Source of the DNA: Candidatus Omnitrophota bacterium
GTDB lineage: Bacteria > Omnitrophota > Gorgyraeia > Zapsychrales > Fredricksoniimonadaceae
Direction: 5' to 3'
Assembly: GCA_028870995.1 (NCBI GenBank)
Contig: JAGWOI010000002.1
Coordinates: forward strand, 46,463 to 110,462
Length of the DNA: 64,000 bases
Shown here: positions 13,122 to 24,744 of the stretch, in pieces
Position numbering within the stretch: position 1 is the first letter of the stretch
Layout: each line of letters opens with the position of its first letter
The notes under the pieces: model-generated
Seen by the model: the letters and a program-made list of their open reading frames with translations, nothing else
Database searches by the model: none
Told to the model about the DNA's origin: nothing
Made by a program: the position numbers and the translations under genes

Positions 13122-13164
13122 CTTTTCAAAATACCGTCCGTTATTTTCTTAAAGGAGACGCCCT

Positions 13165-13812
13165 ATGTTGACCATCTACGGTTCAGACCTGTCAGGCCCA
13201 GCCATCAAAACCCGGTTAACCGCCAGCTACCTCGGAATCGATTATAAATGGCAACTCGTTAACCTGCGGGAGAAGGAACAAAAGCAGGAATGGTTTTTGA
13301 AGATCAACCCAGCCGGCAAGGTTCCGGCCCTTGACGATGACGGATTTCATTTATTCGAAAGCAATGCCATCTGCAAATACCTTTGCGATAAGTACGATTC
13401 TGCGCTATACCCGAAGGATATCCGGAAGCGCGCGGTCATTGACCAGTGGATTGATTTCGTTTCTTTTCATATCTTGGCCTATTACGTCCCTGTCATGGTT
13501 AACCGCCTTTTTGCTCCCCTGAGAGGGCTTCCTGTTGATGAAAAAGCCATGCTGGACGGCGAAAACGGTCTTAAGCAATATTTTCCCCTTATAGAGGCCC
13601 AGCTGACCAAGAACGCATTTCTTACAGGAACGGCGGTATGCCTGGCTGATATTATTTTGTTCGCCGTTTTGGAACCGACGGAGATGGCCAAAATCGACTT
13701 AAGCCCATACCCTAAATTAACAGCCTGGCGTTCAGGATTGAAAAAACAACCCTTTTACACCCGTTGCTATAAAGAATACGGCGAAATGTTAAAGGTGCCT
13801 GCTTCCCGATAA
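13165..13812 (+). CDS. glutathione S-transferase family protein
   Basis: 215 aa with a GST N-terminal thioredoxin-like fold (KINPAGKVPALDDDGFHLFESNAICKYL) and a C-terminal GST_C-like region. Confidence 0.8.
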   Translation: MLTIYGSDLSGPAIKTRLTASYLGIDYKWQLVNLREKEQKQEWFLKINPAGKVPALDDDGFHLFESNAICKYLCDKYDSALYPKDIRKRAVIDQWIDFVSFHILAYYVPVMVNRLFAPLRGLPVDEKAMLDGENGLKQYFPLIEAQLTKNAFLTGTAVCLADIILFAVLEPTEMAKIDLSPYPKLTAWRSGLKKQPFYTRCYKEYGEMLKVPASR

Positions 13813-13817
13813 AGCCG

Positions 13818-14648
13818 ATGACCCAGAAACAGGGACCCTTGAAGGCCGCCCTCATCCAGTTCAACGCCACCGACGACAAAGCGGATAATCTTAAGCGCGC
13901 TTTAATGATGACCCAGGAAGCCCTGAAGCTGGGGGCCGGGTTTGTTCTCCTGCCGGAGGTGTTTAATTTTCGAGGGGATCCAAAAAATAAAACAATGTTC
14001 CGAGGCGCCGGGGAAAGGATCCCCGGCGTATCCAGCAAGGCTTTTATGCCGCTGGCCCTCAAACACCGGGCCCATGTTCTGCTGGGTTCTATTATAGAGA
14101 AGACAGCCTCGGCATATTTTTACAATACGTCGGTGCTCATAGGCCCTTCCGGTAAAATCATTGCCAAATACCGTAAAATTCATTTATTCGATGCCCGCCT
14201 CGATGCTAAAATAATTACTGAAGCTGATTGTTTCCGGCCCGGAAACAGGACCGTGACGGCTCCCGTCGCGGGGTTCAAGGCCGGACTTTCCATTTGCTAT
14301 GACCTGCGATTCCCGGCACTTTATCAGCGATACGCGCACCAAGGGGCCGGGATAGTGACGGTCCCAGCGTGCTTTACCCGCCGCACCGGACAGGCGCATT
14401 GGGAGACGCTGCTAAGGGCTAGGGCCATTGAAAACCTCGCTTACGTGCTGGCGCCTGCCCAGGTGGGCGCCGACGGGCGCGGCGTGCTGGCCCACGGCCA
14501 CAGCATGATCGTATCGCCGTGGGGAGAGGTCCTTGCCTGCGGCAGCGGCGATAAAGAGGAAATCATTTTCGGACATATCGATATTGAAGAGATAAAGAAG
14601 GCCCGGCAAGCTTTGCCCGGCATTATTGAGAGGCCGCCTTCTAAATGA
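13818..14648 (+). CDS. carbon-nitrogen hydrolase (nitrilase-superfamily amidase)
   Basis: 276 aa with the catalytic E-K-C triad contexts LLPE, RKIHLF and ICYDLRFP. Resembles Nit/omega-amidase proteins. Confidence 0.8.
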   Translation: MTQKQGPLKAALIQFNATDDKADNLKRALMMTQEALKLGAGFVLLPEVFNFRGDPKNKTMFRGAGERIPGVSSKAFMPLALKHRAHVLLGSIIEKTASAYFYNTSVLIGPSGKIIAKYRKIHLFDARLDAKIITEADCFRPGNRTVTAPVAGFKAGLSICYDLRFPALYQRYAHQGAGIVTVPACFTRRTGQAHWETLLRARAIENLAYVLAPAQVGADGRGVLAHGHSMIVSPWGEVLACGSGDKEEIIFGHIDIEEIKKARQALPGIIERPPSK

Positions 14649-14712
14649 AAATTAAGGTAGCGGCACTTTTCTAGGAGTAAATTTTATTAGTTCAATGGAA
14701 GGAGAAAAACGT

Positions 14713-15693
14713 ATGTCTAAGCGTCTTAAAGTAGCGGTGACAGGTGCCGCAGGCCAGATAGGGTATGCATTGTTGTTCCGTATCGCCTCCGGGGAGATGT
14801 TCGGCCCCGGCATCGAAATCGATTTAAGTTTGTTGGAATTGGAAAAAGCCCTCCCTGCGTTAAACGGGGTGGTTATGGAGCTGGATGACTGCGCGTTCCC
14901 TCTATTGCGGTCGGTATCCGTATCGTCGGAGGCGGCGGTGGCGTTCAAAGACATCGATTGGGCCCTGCTTGTCGGCAGCGTGCCGCGCAAGGAAGGTATG
15001 GAGCGCGGAGACCTCTTAAAAATCAACGGCGGTGTTTTTACAGGGCAGGGCCGGGCCCTGTCCGATCATGCCAAGCCGACTGCCAAGGTCCTCGTCGTGG
15101 GCAATCCCTGCAACACCAATGCTTTTATCGCCAAAAGCGTTTGCAAAAACATTCCCTCTCAGAACTTTTTTGCCATGACCATGCTCGATGCCAACCGGTC
15201 CCTGAGTCAGTTGGCGCAGAAAGCCGGCGTGGCGGTCGCGGCGGTCAAGAATGTGGCCATTTGGGGTAATCATTCATCTACCCAGTATCCTGATTTTTAT
15301 CACGCCACCATCCAGGGGCGGCCGGCACCGGAGGTGATCAAGGATGAAGCCTGGCTTAAGGGCGCGTTCATCGAGACGGTGCAAAAACGCGGAGCGGCTG
15401 TCATCAAAGCACGGGGCCTTTCGTCGGCCGCTTCGGCTGCCAATGCCGTGATCGATACCGTGCGCGCGATCACAACGCCCACCCCGGCCGGCGAGTTCTT
15501 TTCGGCCGCCGTTTCTTCGGACGGCAGCTATGGCATCGAGCCCGGCCTTATCTTCGGTTTTCCTTTGCGTTCGGACGGTCAACGATGCAGCATTGTCCAG
15601 GGCATCCAGCATAATGAGTTTGCGCAGTCCAAAATCAAGGCTACCCTGGATGAATTGCTGGCAGAAAAAGCGGCCGTAGCAGGGCTAGTTTAG
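14713..15693 (+). CDS. mdh: malate dehydrogenase (cytosolic-type, LDH-like family)
   Basis: [24 protein letters not shown]-binding signature. SD GGAAGGAG sits 7 nt before ATG 14713, which is in frame and 18 nt inside the track ORF. Confidence 0.9.
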   Translation: MSKRLKVAVTGAAGQIGYALLFRIASGEMFGPGIEIDLSLLELEKALPALNGVVMELDDCAFPLLRSVSVSSEAAVAFKDIDWALLVGSVPRKEGMERGDLLKINGGVFTGQGRALSDHAKPTAKVLVVGNPCNTNAFIAKSVCKNIPSQNFFAMTMLDANRSLSQLAQKAGVAVAAVKNVAIWGNHSSTQYPDFYHATIQGRPAPEVIKDEAWLKGAFIETVQKRGAAVIKARGLSSAASAANAVIDTVRAITTPTPAGEFFSAAVSSDGSYGIEPGLIFGFPLRSDGQRCSIVQGIQHNEFAQSKIKATLDELLAEKAAVAGLV

Positions 15694-15872
15694 AGCGGGG
15701 CTCAAATATTTCGATTTTCCGTTGACCCTCATAAAATCTTCATATATGATTTTATTTGTTGAAAAAAAATAAGTTACAACAATAAAGCCCCAGATTTTCG
15801 ACGCTGTTCGCGCCCGGTTTATTGATTTTTCTAAGAAAGCGGGTATACTTGAAGAACATTTGGAGGGAATCA

Positions 15873-16871
15873 ATGGAAAGACCCGGAATTAAAACATACG
15901 GGGTGCTGTTCCTGATCGCGGGGATGGCTTTTTTGACCGGATGCGACCAACTGCAGAATTTATTGGGACTGGGCAATAAAAAACAAGAAGCCAGCCAGCA
16001 GTCGCCCGCAGCCGCCCCTTCCACGCCGCCATCAACGGTTTCACCCACGCCCTCTTCACAAGGCCCTTTACCCAGCGACGCCTTGGTCCGTATCGGCGGC
16101 TGGACCCTGACCCAAGAAGATTTCAACAAGCGGCTTACCCTTTTAAAACAGCAGCTTGCCGGGATGAAAGAAAATTTCAAAGAGGATGACCCGGCGGCAA
16201 AAAATTATGTTTTGGATCAGCTGATCCGCCAGCAGCTTCTGGTGAAGGAAGCCGAAGATTCAGGCATTGGTAACAGTAAGGACATTCAGCAGGCGGTTGA
16301 GGATTTTCGCCGGACGCTTTTGGTCCAGGAACTGGTCAGCCGTCTGACCAAGAATGTGGCCGCCAACGAAAGCGAAGCCAGGGCCTATTATGATGCCAAC
16401 AAGGCCGCGTTGACCGAGCCGGTGACCTGGCAGGTCAGCGAGATCATTGTCCCCGATGAGGCTGCGGCCAAGAGCATTTTAGTCCAAATTTTACAGGGCG
16501 GGGATTTTGCCCAGATCGCCCAGGCGCAGTCCAAGGCTGCGGATGCTGCCGAGGGCGGGAAATTAAAACCTTTTATCACCGGCCAGGCACCTTTCGACGC
16601 CATGCAAACGGCCATTGCCAATTTGGGGGCAGGGGACGTCAGCGGCGTTTTCAAGGGACCCAAGGGCTACTACATTGTCAAGGTGGACTCTAAAACAGGC
16701 GGGAAGCTTAAGCCGTTTACCGACTTCAAAGAGCAGATCCTCTATTTCCTGACTCAGCAGAAACAGCAGGCCGTGCTGCTCAAGCACCTCAATGAACTGG
16801 CGGAGAAATACAAGCCGGAATATAACAAGGAACTGATCGGCCAGGTGATCGGAAACCCGGCGCATAAATAA
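15873..16871 (+). CDS. parvulin-type peptidyl-prolyl cis-trans isomerase lipoprotein (SurA/PrsA-like)
   Basis: Lipoprotein signal with lipobox LTGC after ATG 15873, which is preceded by GGAGGG. C-terminal PpiC/rotamase domain (SEIIVPDEAAAKSI...GYYIVKV). A TTGACC, 17-nt spacer, TATGAT promoter-like element lies at 15722-15750. Confidence 0.75.
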   Translation: MERPGIKTYGVLFLIAGMAFLTGCDQLQNLLGLGNKKQEASQQSPAAAPSTPPSTVSPTPSSQGPLPSDALVRIGGWTLTQEDFNKRLTLLKQQLAGMKENFKEDDPAAKNYVLDQLIRQQLLVKEAEDSGIGNSKDIQQAVEDFRRTLLVQELVSRLTKNVAANESEARAYYDANKAALTEPVTWQVSEIIVPDEAAAKSILVQILQGGDFAQIAQAQSKAADAAEGGKLKPFITGQAPFDAMQTAIANLGAGDVSGVFKGPKGYYIVKVDSKTGGKLKPFTDFKEQILYFLTQQKQQAVLLKHLNELAEKYKPEYNKELIGQVIGNPAHK

Positions 16872-16894
16872 GGCTTAAACAAAGAGAGGGAAAA

Positions 16895-17752
16895 TTGCCT
16901 TTCGAAAACCGCAAACAACTTTTCATTATCATCGGCGCTGTGGCGGCCGGGATGGTGGCCGTTCTTTTGGCGAGCAATTACGTCAAGAACGCCATTCAAA
17001 GCCAGACCCGGGCCCTGGCCGAGCAATACGAAAGCAGACAAAAGGATATGGTGGCCCAGGTCCAGCAGCAAAGCCAGCAGCAAATGGCCCAGCTGGCCCA
17101 GGAATTGGAGCGGGTCAAGGCCCAAGAGGCCCAACAGGTACAGCAGCAAATGGCGGCACTGAAAGCCTCCCAGGAGCAGCAGATGCGCCTGATGCAGCAA
17201 CAGCAGCAGGCTGCTGCCGTCAACAAACAAGGGGCCAGGAAGCCCTCGCTGGCCTTGAGAACGCCGGTTGGCAAGCGCGCCGTGACCGTTAAGATCGACT
17301 CATTGTCTGCTGTCGGAGGATTGATCAATCCGGGCGATTTTGTGGATGTGATCGGTGAGTTGAATGTTCCCTCGCAAACTTCCGAAAAATTGACCGTAAC
17401 AGCCATGATCTTTCAGGACTTACAGGTGCTTGCGGTCAATACCAATGAAGAAGAGCTGGGGGCATACGACGATCAGCAGGCGGCCAATTCTTTAAAAATT
17501 ACCTTTGCTGTGGACCCGCAAGAGGCGGGCCTTTTGGAGTTTGCCAACAAGAACGGAACGTTGGAACTGGCATTACGGTCACCGGATGATACCGAACACA
17601 GGCTGGTCAAGGCCGATACTTGGAAAACCCTGGCGGACTACATCTTGAAGAACCAGGGGCTTAATATTGAAAACCCCGATGAAATTCCCGAAAATAAACC
17701 AGTGGAAAGCAAACCCATGATCCAGATTTTTAGAGGCGGCAAGGAACTTTGA
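16895..17752 (+). CDS. cpaB: Flp pilus assembly protein CpaB/RcpC
   Basis: TTG start with SD AGAGAGGG. N-terminal TM helix. SAF/RcpC-like region (SLSAVGGLINPGDFVDVIG...ELALRSPDD). Contains a Gln-rich coiled-coil insertion. Confidence 0.8.
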   Translation: MPFENRKQLFIIIGAVAAGMVAVLLASNYVKNAIQSQTRALAEQYESRQKDMVAQVQQQSQQQMAQLAQELERVKAQEAQQVQQQMAALKASQEQQMRLMQQQQQAAAVNKQGARKPSLALRTPVGKRAVTVKIDSLSAVGGLINPGDFVDVIGELNVPSQTSEKLTVTAMIFQDLQVLAVNTNEEELGAYDDQQAANSLKITFAVDPQEAGLLEFANKNGTLELALRSPDDTEHRLVKADTWKTLADYILKNQGLNIENPDEIPENKPVESKPMIQIFRGGKEL

Positions 17753-17757
17753 GGCGT

Positions 17758-19590
17758 ATGAAAAACAAGTTTTTAAAGAGGCTGTCCCTCGTCATGCTGG
17801 GCTTTGCGCTGACCGCCTTTTATTTGCCTCCGCTTTCAGCCGATGAGAATTTCACCATGGACTCCTCGACAACAGGAGACGTCGTTGATATGGTCTCCGG
17901 CGATATCCAGTCCGTCCCTGCCAATGGATTGATCCGGGTATCGGTGACCAATCCCGAGGTGGCCGACATCTCCGACGTGACAGACGACAAGGTTTCATTG
18001 ATCGCCAAGAGGGCGGGGTCAACGGTTTTGTTCATATGGGATGCCGCCGGCAAGCGCAGCGTCAAGGTGCGGGTGGCCGCCGAAGATCTTAATGCCCTCA
18101 AGGAAAGGGTGCAGAAGCTTTTGGAAGAAGCCAACATCAAGGGGGTTTCCGAAGATATCAATCTCGATATCGGCAAGGTCATCCTGACAGGCTCTTTGTC
18201 CAAGGAGGACAAAAACCGGATGATGGACGTCCTGCTGCCCTACAGCGATAATTTGATGAATCTCGTCAAAGAACAAAAAAATGAAGAGCTGATCCAGGTG
18301 GATATGCAGATTGTAGAGATCAACGTCAGCCTGGAAAAAACCCTCGGCATTTTGTGGGGGACATCTTCAGGAGGATCCTCTTCCACAGGCGGTACCAACA
18401 GCGGACAGATAAACCTTAATTACAGCGAAACCATTCCCGGCGGAGACAAATTCAAGGACCTCTTTAAGGTCGGTAATTTTACCCGCGGCTCGTCGCTGGA
18501 GGCTACGGTCAATGCCCTGGTCCAGGAAGGCAAGGCCAGGCTCATCTCCAAGCCCCGCTTGGTGGTGGTCAGCGGCAAGCCGGCGAGTTTTCTGGTGGGC
18601 GGCGAGATCCCGATCCAATCCACCACGGTCAGCACCACCGGCAGCACCTTGACCAATAACACAACCTACGCGGAATACGGTGTCAATTTATCGGTCACGC
18701 CCACCATTAAGGACGGGAAAATCGATGTTTTGCTTAATGTGGACATCCGCGACGTGGATTCGGCCACACCGATCTCCAGTTCGGGAGGCAATGTGGCTTT
18801 CGTCACGCGGACCGCGTCCACGGACCTGCTGCTGGACAATAGGCAGACTATTGCCCTGGCCGGATTGATCAAATATGAAGACAGCGTGACGATGACGGAA
18901 GTCCCGTTCCTTTCCAAGCTGCCCTTGCTGGGCGGATTTTTTAGAAACAGGAGCGAGCCCGCCGATTCCAATACGGAAATGATCATTATCCTGACCCCTA
19001 CGGTGCTGACGGATAAGAAATACGAGCACAAACAGTTGGTCATGCCAACACCCGAGGAGCGCAGCTCCTGGAACGAAATCGATGCGAAGTATGAACATGA
19101 ACCGATCGTGTCTAATTGGCCTCCATCCGTTCAACAGGCCAAGCCGTCTTCGGCAGAGATGCCGTCGTTTGCCCCCTCGTTCCCATTGGCGCCGCAATAC
19201 ACCGGGAATTCGACAACGGTGAACCCGCTGATGATCCCTCCTGTGGATACGGTGGGCCTTCCGGCCACCGCAGCCTATGCGCGCATGGTGCAGGAAAAGA
19301 TCTCCAGAGCCATTCTTTCTCCCCAGGTTTTGAAGGGCACCATGGGAGGCACGGTCAAGCTCAAGCTGCACATCCTTAAAGACGGGTCCCTTGATTCGGA
19401 AGAAGTGGTTCAGTCTTCGGGCAACAATACCCTGGATAGTGATGCCATGAGGGCCGCTAAAACAGCAGCGCCTTTCGCTGCTTTTACCCCCGAGATGGAT
19501 CAGCAGGACCTTGAGTTCACCGTTCCCATCATTTTTAACAGGTTGATTCCGGGAAACCAACCGGCGGAGAAGATCATTGCCTCGCATTAA
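17758..19590 (+). CDS. cpaC: Tad secretin CpaC/RcpA with a C-terminal TonB-C-like domain
   Basis: Signal peptide, BON/secretin_N-like region and secretin core (ARLISKPRLVVVSGKPASFLVGGEIPI). A Pro-rich spacer is followed by a TonB_C-like about 90 aa (KGTMGGTVKLKLHILKDGSLDSEEVVQSSGNNTLDSDAMRAAK...). ATG 17758 has a GAGG SD. The track start 17749 is an in-frame TTG. Confidence 0.8.
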   Translation: MKNKFLKRLSLVMLGFALTAFYLPPLSADENFTMDSSTTGDVVDMVSGDIQSVPANGLIRVSVTNPEVADISDVTDDKVSLIAKRAGSTVLFIWDAAGKRSVKVRVAAEDLNALKERVQKLLEEANIKGVSEDINLDIGKVILTGSLSKEDKNRMMDVLLPYSDNLMNLVKEQKNEELIQVDMQIVEINVSLEKTLGILWGTSSGGSSSTGGTNSGQINLNYSETIPGGDKFKDLFKVGNFTRGSSLEATVNALVQEGKARLISKPRLVVVSGKPASFLVGGEIPIQSTTVSTTGSTLTNNTTYAEYGVNLSVTPTIKDGKIDVLLNVDIRDVDSATPISSSGGNVAFVTRTASTDLLLDNRQTIALAGLIKYEDSVTMTEVPFLSKLPLLGGFFRNRSEPADSNTEMIIILTPTVLTDKKYEHKQLVMPTPEERSSWNEIDAKYEHEPIVSNWPPSVQQAKPSSAEMPSFAPSFPLAPQYTGNSTTVNPLMIPPVDTVGLPATAAYARMVQEKISRAILSPQVLKGTMGGTVKLKLHILKDGSLDSEEVVQSSGNNTLDSDAMRAAKTAAPFAAFTPEMDQQDLEFTVPIIFNRLIPGNQPAEKIIASH

Positions 19591-19840
19591 CCGGTTTATG
19601 CTGATCGTTGCGGCTTGCTTGATGCTTTTCGCCCCCGTGAAGGCGCAAGCGGTACAGGGCGATCTGGATGCTCAAATAGAAAAAGAATTTGTTCCTGTGC
19701 AGCCTAATGCCGAGGCCCAGTTTAATTCGGTGCCGTCGCTGGATGTCGAGAAAGAATTTTCCCCCTTGTCGGTGGACGCCGACAAAGAGTTCGCTGTGTT
19801 ACAGCCGGACGCAGAAAAGGAGTTTTCTCCCGCCCCTTGA
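19577..19840 (+). CDS. small secreted repeat protein with (D/E)KEFxP repeats
   Basis: Signal peptide LIVAACLMLFAPVKAQA, then four copies of EKEF[VSA]P. Function unknown. The start may be the internal ATG at 19598. Confidence 0.45.
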   Translation: MPRINRFMLIVAACLMLFAPVKAQAVQGDLDAQIEKEFVPVQPNAEAQFNSVPSLDVEKEFSPLSVDADKEFAVLQPDAEKEFSPAP

Positions 19841-19890
19841 AGGAATCAACAGCGACAAATTTGCAAAACGTGGTACAATAAAAAGATATT

Positions 19891-22043
<2,153 letters not shown>

Positions 22044-22047
<4 letters not shown>

Positions 22048-22400
22048 TCCTCATGATCACCAATCTCACCCGCCAGACGACCGTTGCCACCGACGTAGAA
22101 ATCGCCAGAAACCTATGGCAGCGCACCCAGGGCTTGCTGGGCCGGGAAGGTCTGCCCCAAGGCCGGGCGCTGATCATTCCCTACTGCGAATCCATTCATA
22201 TGTTTTTTATGAAGTTCCCTATCGACGTGATTTTTTGTGATAGAAACCACAAGGTGGTGGGGCTTTGCGCCAATATCAAGCCTTTTTGCATGTCGCCTAT
22301 TTTCTTTAAAGCTTCCTATGCGATCGAACTGCCCGCAGGCAGCATCGCCTCTTCACATACCCAAAAGGGCGACGCCTTGAAGTGCCCGCCGTTGCCGTAG
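22044..22400 (+). CDS. DUF192 family protein
   Basis: 118 aa, similar in size, composition and tad-locus context to DUF192/COG1430 proteins. The start may be ATG 22053 rather than the overlapping TTG 22044. Confidence 0.55.
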
Positions 22401-22699
22401 GCAGTTATTTTTTACCGTCCTTTTTGCAATCACAACCACCGATCCGCTGCACATGATCGGAGGACGGTATCCAGACAAAGTGGGAGAGACCGTCACAACG
22501 GATCTCATTCTCTCCGATCTTCCAAACAATCTTCATCTGGTCGATCTTAAATATTTCCCTCCGTGACTTGGGAAGCATCGGCTCTCCTTGCCGAAAATTC
22601 ATCCTGTCTTAATGAAGTAACCAATATAATGGGGAACAGGATGATGTGTAGAAATATCAGGGACGAATATATATACTACACGCAAATTTGAGTAAATCA

Positions 22700-22942
22700 A
22701 TGACTAAAAAACTGCTTATCGACTTTGGCAAAAGGATAAGGGCCGAAAGGCTCAGCCAGGGTATTTCCCAAGAAAAACTCGCCGAGCTTGCGGATCTTCA
22801 TCGAAACTATATAGGGATGATCGAGCGCGCAGAGATCAATATCACCCTGCTTAATATCGAAAAGCTTGCCAAGGCCCTAAAAACCACTCCCATCAAACTC
22901 TTGCGATCCAAATCAACCAGGGTAGAGAAGCAAAGACATTAA
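22700..22942 (+). CDS. XRE-family helix-turn-helix transcriptional regulator
   Basis: HTH_3 motif (RIRAERLSQGISQEKLAELADLHRNYIGMIERAE). ATG 22700 lies in frame within track ORF 22688. Confidence 0.7.
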   Translation: MTKKLLIDFGKRIRAERLSQGISQEKLAELADLHRNYIGMIERAEINITLLNIEKLAKALKTTPIKLLRSKSTRVEKQRH

Positions 22943-22980
22943 AAGCGGCTCTTCCCTAAACACGGGAAATCTTAAGGTTG

Positions 22981-23023
22981 TTGACGCTCCATACTTCATA
23001 ATGTTATAATGTCCAGACTGGAC
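22981..23023 (+). promoter_or_regulatory. sigma-70-like promoter (TTGACG, 18-nt spacer, TATAAT) followed by the perfect palindrome GTCCAGaCTGGAC
   Basis: -35 at 22981-22986 and -10 at 23005-23010. The 13-bp inverted repeat at 23011-23023 lies directly before ATG 23028 and is a candidate operator. Confidence 0.35.
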
Positions 23024-23027
23024 ATTT

Positions 23028-24083
23028 ATGGGCGTAACATACAAATTAAAAGAAGAAGTCGTTGGTTTTATTATCAATGAACGCAAAGCTAACCCTCTTT
23101 TTTCCTGCCGTCAGCTGGCTGAATCCGCGTCCCAGAAGTTTGGCTTAAGATTATCAAAATCTTCGGTTCATGATGTCCTTAAAGAATCGGGAATCATCAC
23201 GCCCAGAGGCAGAAAACCTAAAAATAAGTTCGAAATTCCTCAAGAAAAAAAACTGCAGATCAAGGACAGTCTTTCCCAGACAAATTTGCTGCCTCCGCCG
23301 CCCGTTCCCGAAGCTCCGCCTGAACCGCGATCGTTGGCCGTGCAACCCATAGTTTTGCCTGTGCAAAAGGTCCCGCCAGTCGTGGTACAGCCGGAAAAGT
23401 CTCAAAATATTGAGATCTCACCCGAATATGAAGGGGCGGGCAGGGTTTTTTTGAAGGCTGCCCTTTGGGACCTGGGGATTTTTTCCGACGAGAATATAAA
23501 AGAGACGGACTGGCTTTATTACCTGACGTATTGCAAAGGCATTAAGATCGCATTGGAGGGTGATCGAGATGTCATTGTTGAAATGCCTCTTCCTATTGAG
23601 CGTTGTATTCAGTGGGCAGTAGACGGCTTAATCAATAATGTAAGGCCCCTGTTTTTGTCACAGGTTTCCGATCAGGAGCTGTTTAAGGCGTGCATGGAAG
23701 CCAGGCCAGGCTTTAAAATAATGTCCGTGTCTGTGGTGGATGGAAAAGACCATAAAATATTAGAAATTTGTGATATTGTGGAGTTTATAAGAAAATTTTC
23801 ATTTAAAAACATATGTTTTGTGGAGAATTTTGCTAAAACCGCCACAGAAAGAGCAAAAGGTTTGTTTTTTCCACAATCAATTGAAATTAAAGAGCTTATA
23901 GAAAATATATTTGATTTGAAGGGATTTGATTCGATAAGCGACACAGAAAATGTAGTAAAGATAATTGTACCAATAGATTATGACAAAATACAGGCATTAA
24001 ACGAAGCCGCAGACAAGCTAAACAGCATGTACTTATTTGACGAGCATAATAAACAGGTTAAGGTCGAAATAATCATAGGTTAA
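23028..24083 (+). CDS. hypothetical protein with an N-terminal HTH and a Pro-rich linker
   Basis: 351 aa. The N-terminal 60 aa resemble a transposase/Psq-type HTH (SCRQLAESASQKFGLRLSKSSVHDVL). The Pro-rich linker is PPPPVPEAPPEP...PPVVVQP. The C-terminal domain has no recognisable motif. Confidence 0.5.
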   Translation: MGVTYKLKEEVVGFIINERKANPLFSCRQLAESASQKFGLRLSKSSVHDVLKESGIITPRGRKPKNKFEIPQEKKLQIKDSLSQTNLLPPPPVPEAPPEPRSLAVQPIVLPVQKVPPVVVQPEKSQNIEISPEYEGAGRVFLKAALWDLGIFSDENIKETDWLYYLTYCKGIKIALEGDRDVIVEMPLPIERCIQWAVDGLINNVRPLFLSQVSDQELFKACMEARPGFKIMSVSVVDGKDHKILEICDIVEFIRKFSFKNICFVENFAKTATERAKGLFFPQSIEIKELIENIFDLKGFDSISDTENVVKIIVPIDYDKIQALNEAADKLNSMYLFDEHNKQVKVEIIIG

Positions 24084-24278
24084 ATTCCGATTATTTTTGA
24101 GCTGGCGGGGTTGACAGCGTCTATTATATATGGCATACTTCTATCAAAGCAAATCACAGCTTGTATCAACAGCCCTTCGGGGCTTTTACATAGATGAAAG
24201 ACCGTTTTATTTTTCCTCGCTCCTGCTTAAGGCAGGGGGAAGGTCTAATCGATCTTCTGGCACATAAGGTGAAGGACG

Positions 24279-24434
24279 ATGATCCGACTCACGAGAAGCA
24301 CAAAGGCACAAAACTTAATCGAATATGCGATCGTCGTGGCCTTGATCTCGGCAGCGCTGGCGCTGTTGAGTACCTATGTGTTCCGTTCCGTCCAAGCCGA
24401 ACAGAAGATAGTTACTGAGGACTCCTTAAACTGA
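24279..24434 (+). CDS. flp: Flp-family type IVb prepilin (51 aa)
   Basis: MIRLTRSTKAQNLIEYAIVVALISAALALL... carries the Flp motif (small residue, then xxxEY, then a hydrophobic stretch). SD AGGTGAAGGA precedes it. It is below the 60-aa track cut-off, and the overlapping track ORF 24194..24418 is in another frame. Confidence 0.65.
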   Translation: MIRLTRSTKAQNLIEYAIVVALISAALALLSTYVFRSVQAEQKIVTEDSLN

Positions 24435-24456
24435 AAATATTCCTTTGGAGGGAATT

Positions 24457-24711
24457 ATGCATATAAAGAACAAAACAGGTCAAATCACGGTGGAGTATAT
24501 CCTGGTTGTGACCGCGGTTCTTATCGTCATTGTTGCCTTTGTGTCAAATAAGAACGGTCCGTTTCAAAAACAAATGAACGTTACCCTTAATACGGCGCTG
24601 ACCGAAGTGAACGGAGAATCAGATCAGTTAAGCGGTTCTCATCACTGGGGTACTTCGACCGACACTGGGGTGCCCACGGGTGTTACTGTCAATCCGACTA
24701 AAGGGCTCTAA
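24457..24711 (+). CDS. flp: Flp-family prepilin
   Basis: MHIKNKTGQITVEYILVVTAVLIVIV has the G/xxxxEY motif. SD GGAGGG precedes ATG 24457. Confidence 0.75.
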   Translation: MHIKNKTGQITVEYILVVTAVLIVIVAFVSNKNGPFQKQMNVTLNTALTEVNGESDQLSGSHHWGTSTDTGVPTGVTVNPTKGL

Positions 24712-24744
24712 AAACTATTGACAAGCTAATATTAGGAGGAATCT

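Noticed and set aside
22405-22602. 65-aa minus-strand ORF between the DUF192 and XRE genes with a CxGC...CDC pattern
   Set aside because: No convincing SD, it is convergent with flanking genes, and it has no recognisable family. Kept as unlikely.
23028-24083. Possible IS or transposase
   Set aside because: Only the N-terminal HTH is transposase-like. There is no DDE motif and no terminal inverted repeats. It is not called a mobile element.
24100-24190. TTGACA hexamer at about 24111 and hairpin AGCCCTTCGGGGCT at 24171-24184 upstream of the first pilin
   Set aside because: The -10 partner is poor (CATACT). The hairpin has only a short T-run. Possibly a promoter or leader structure, but too ambiguous to call.
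24194-24418. 74-aa track ORF upstream of the pilin array
   Set aside because: It has no SD. A 51-aa Flp pilin gene with a strong SD occupies another frame of the same DNA (24279..24434), so the track ORF is probably spurious.
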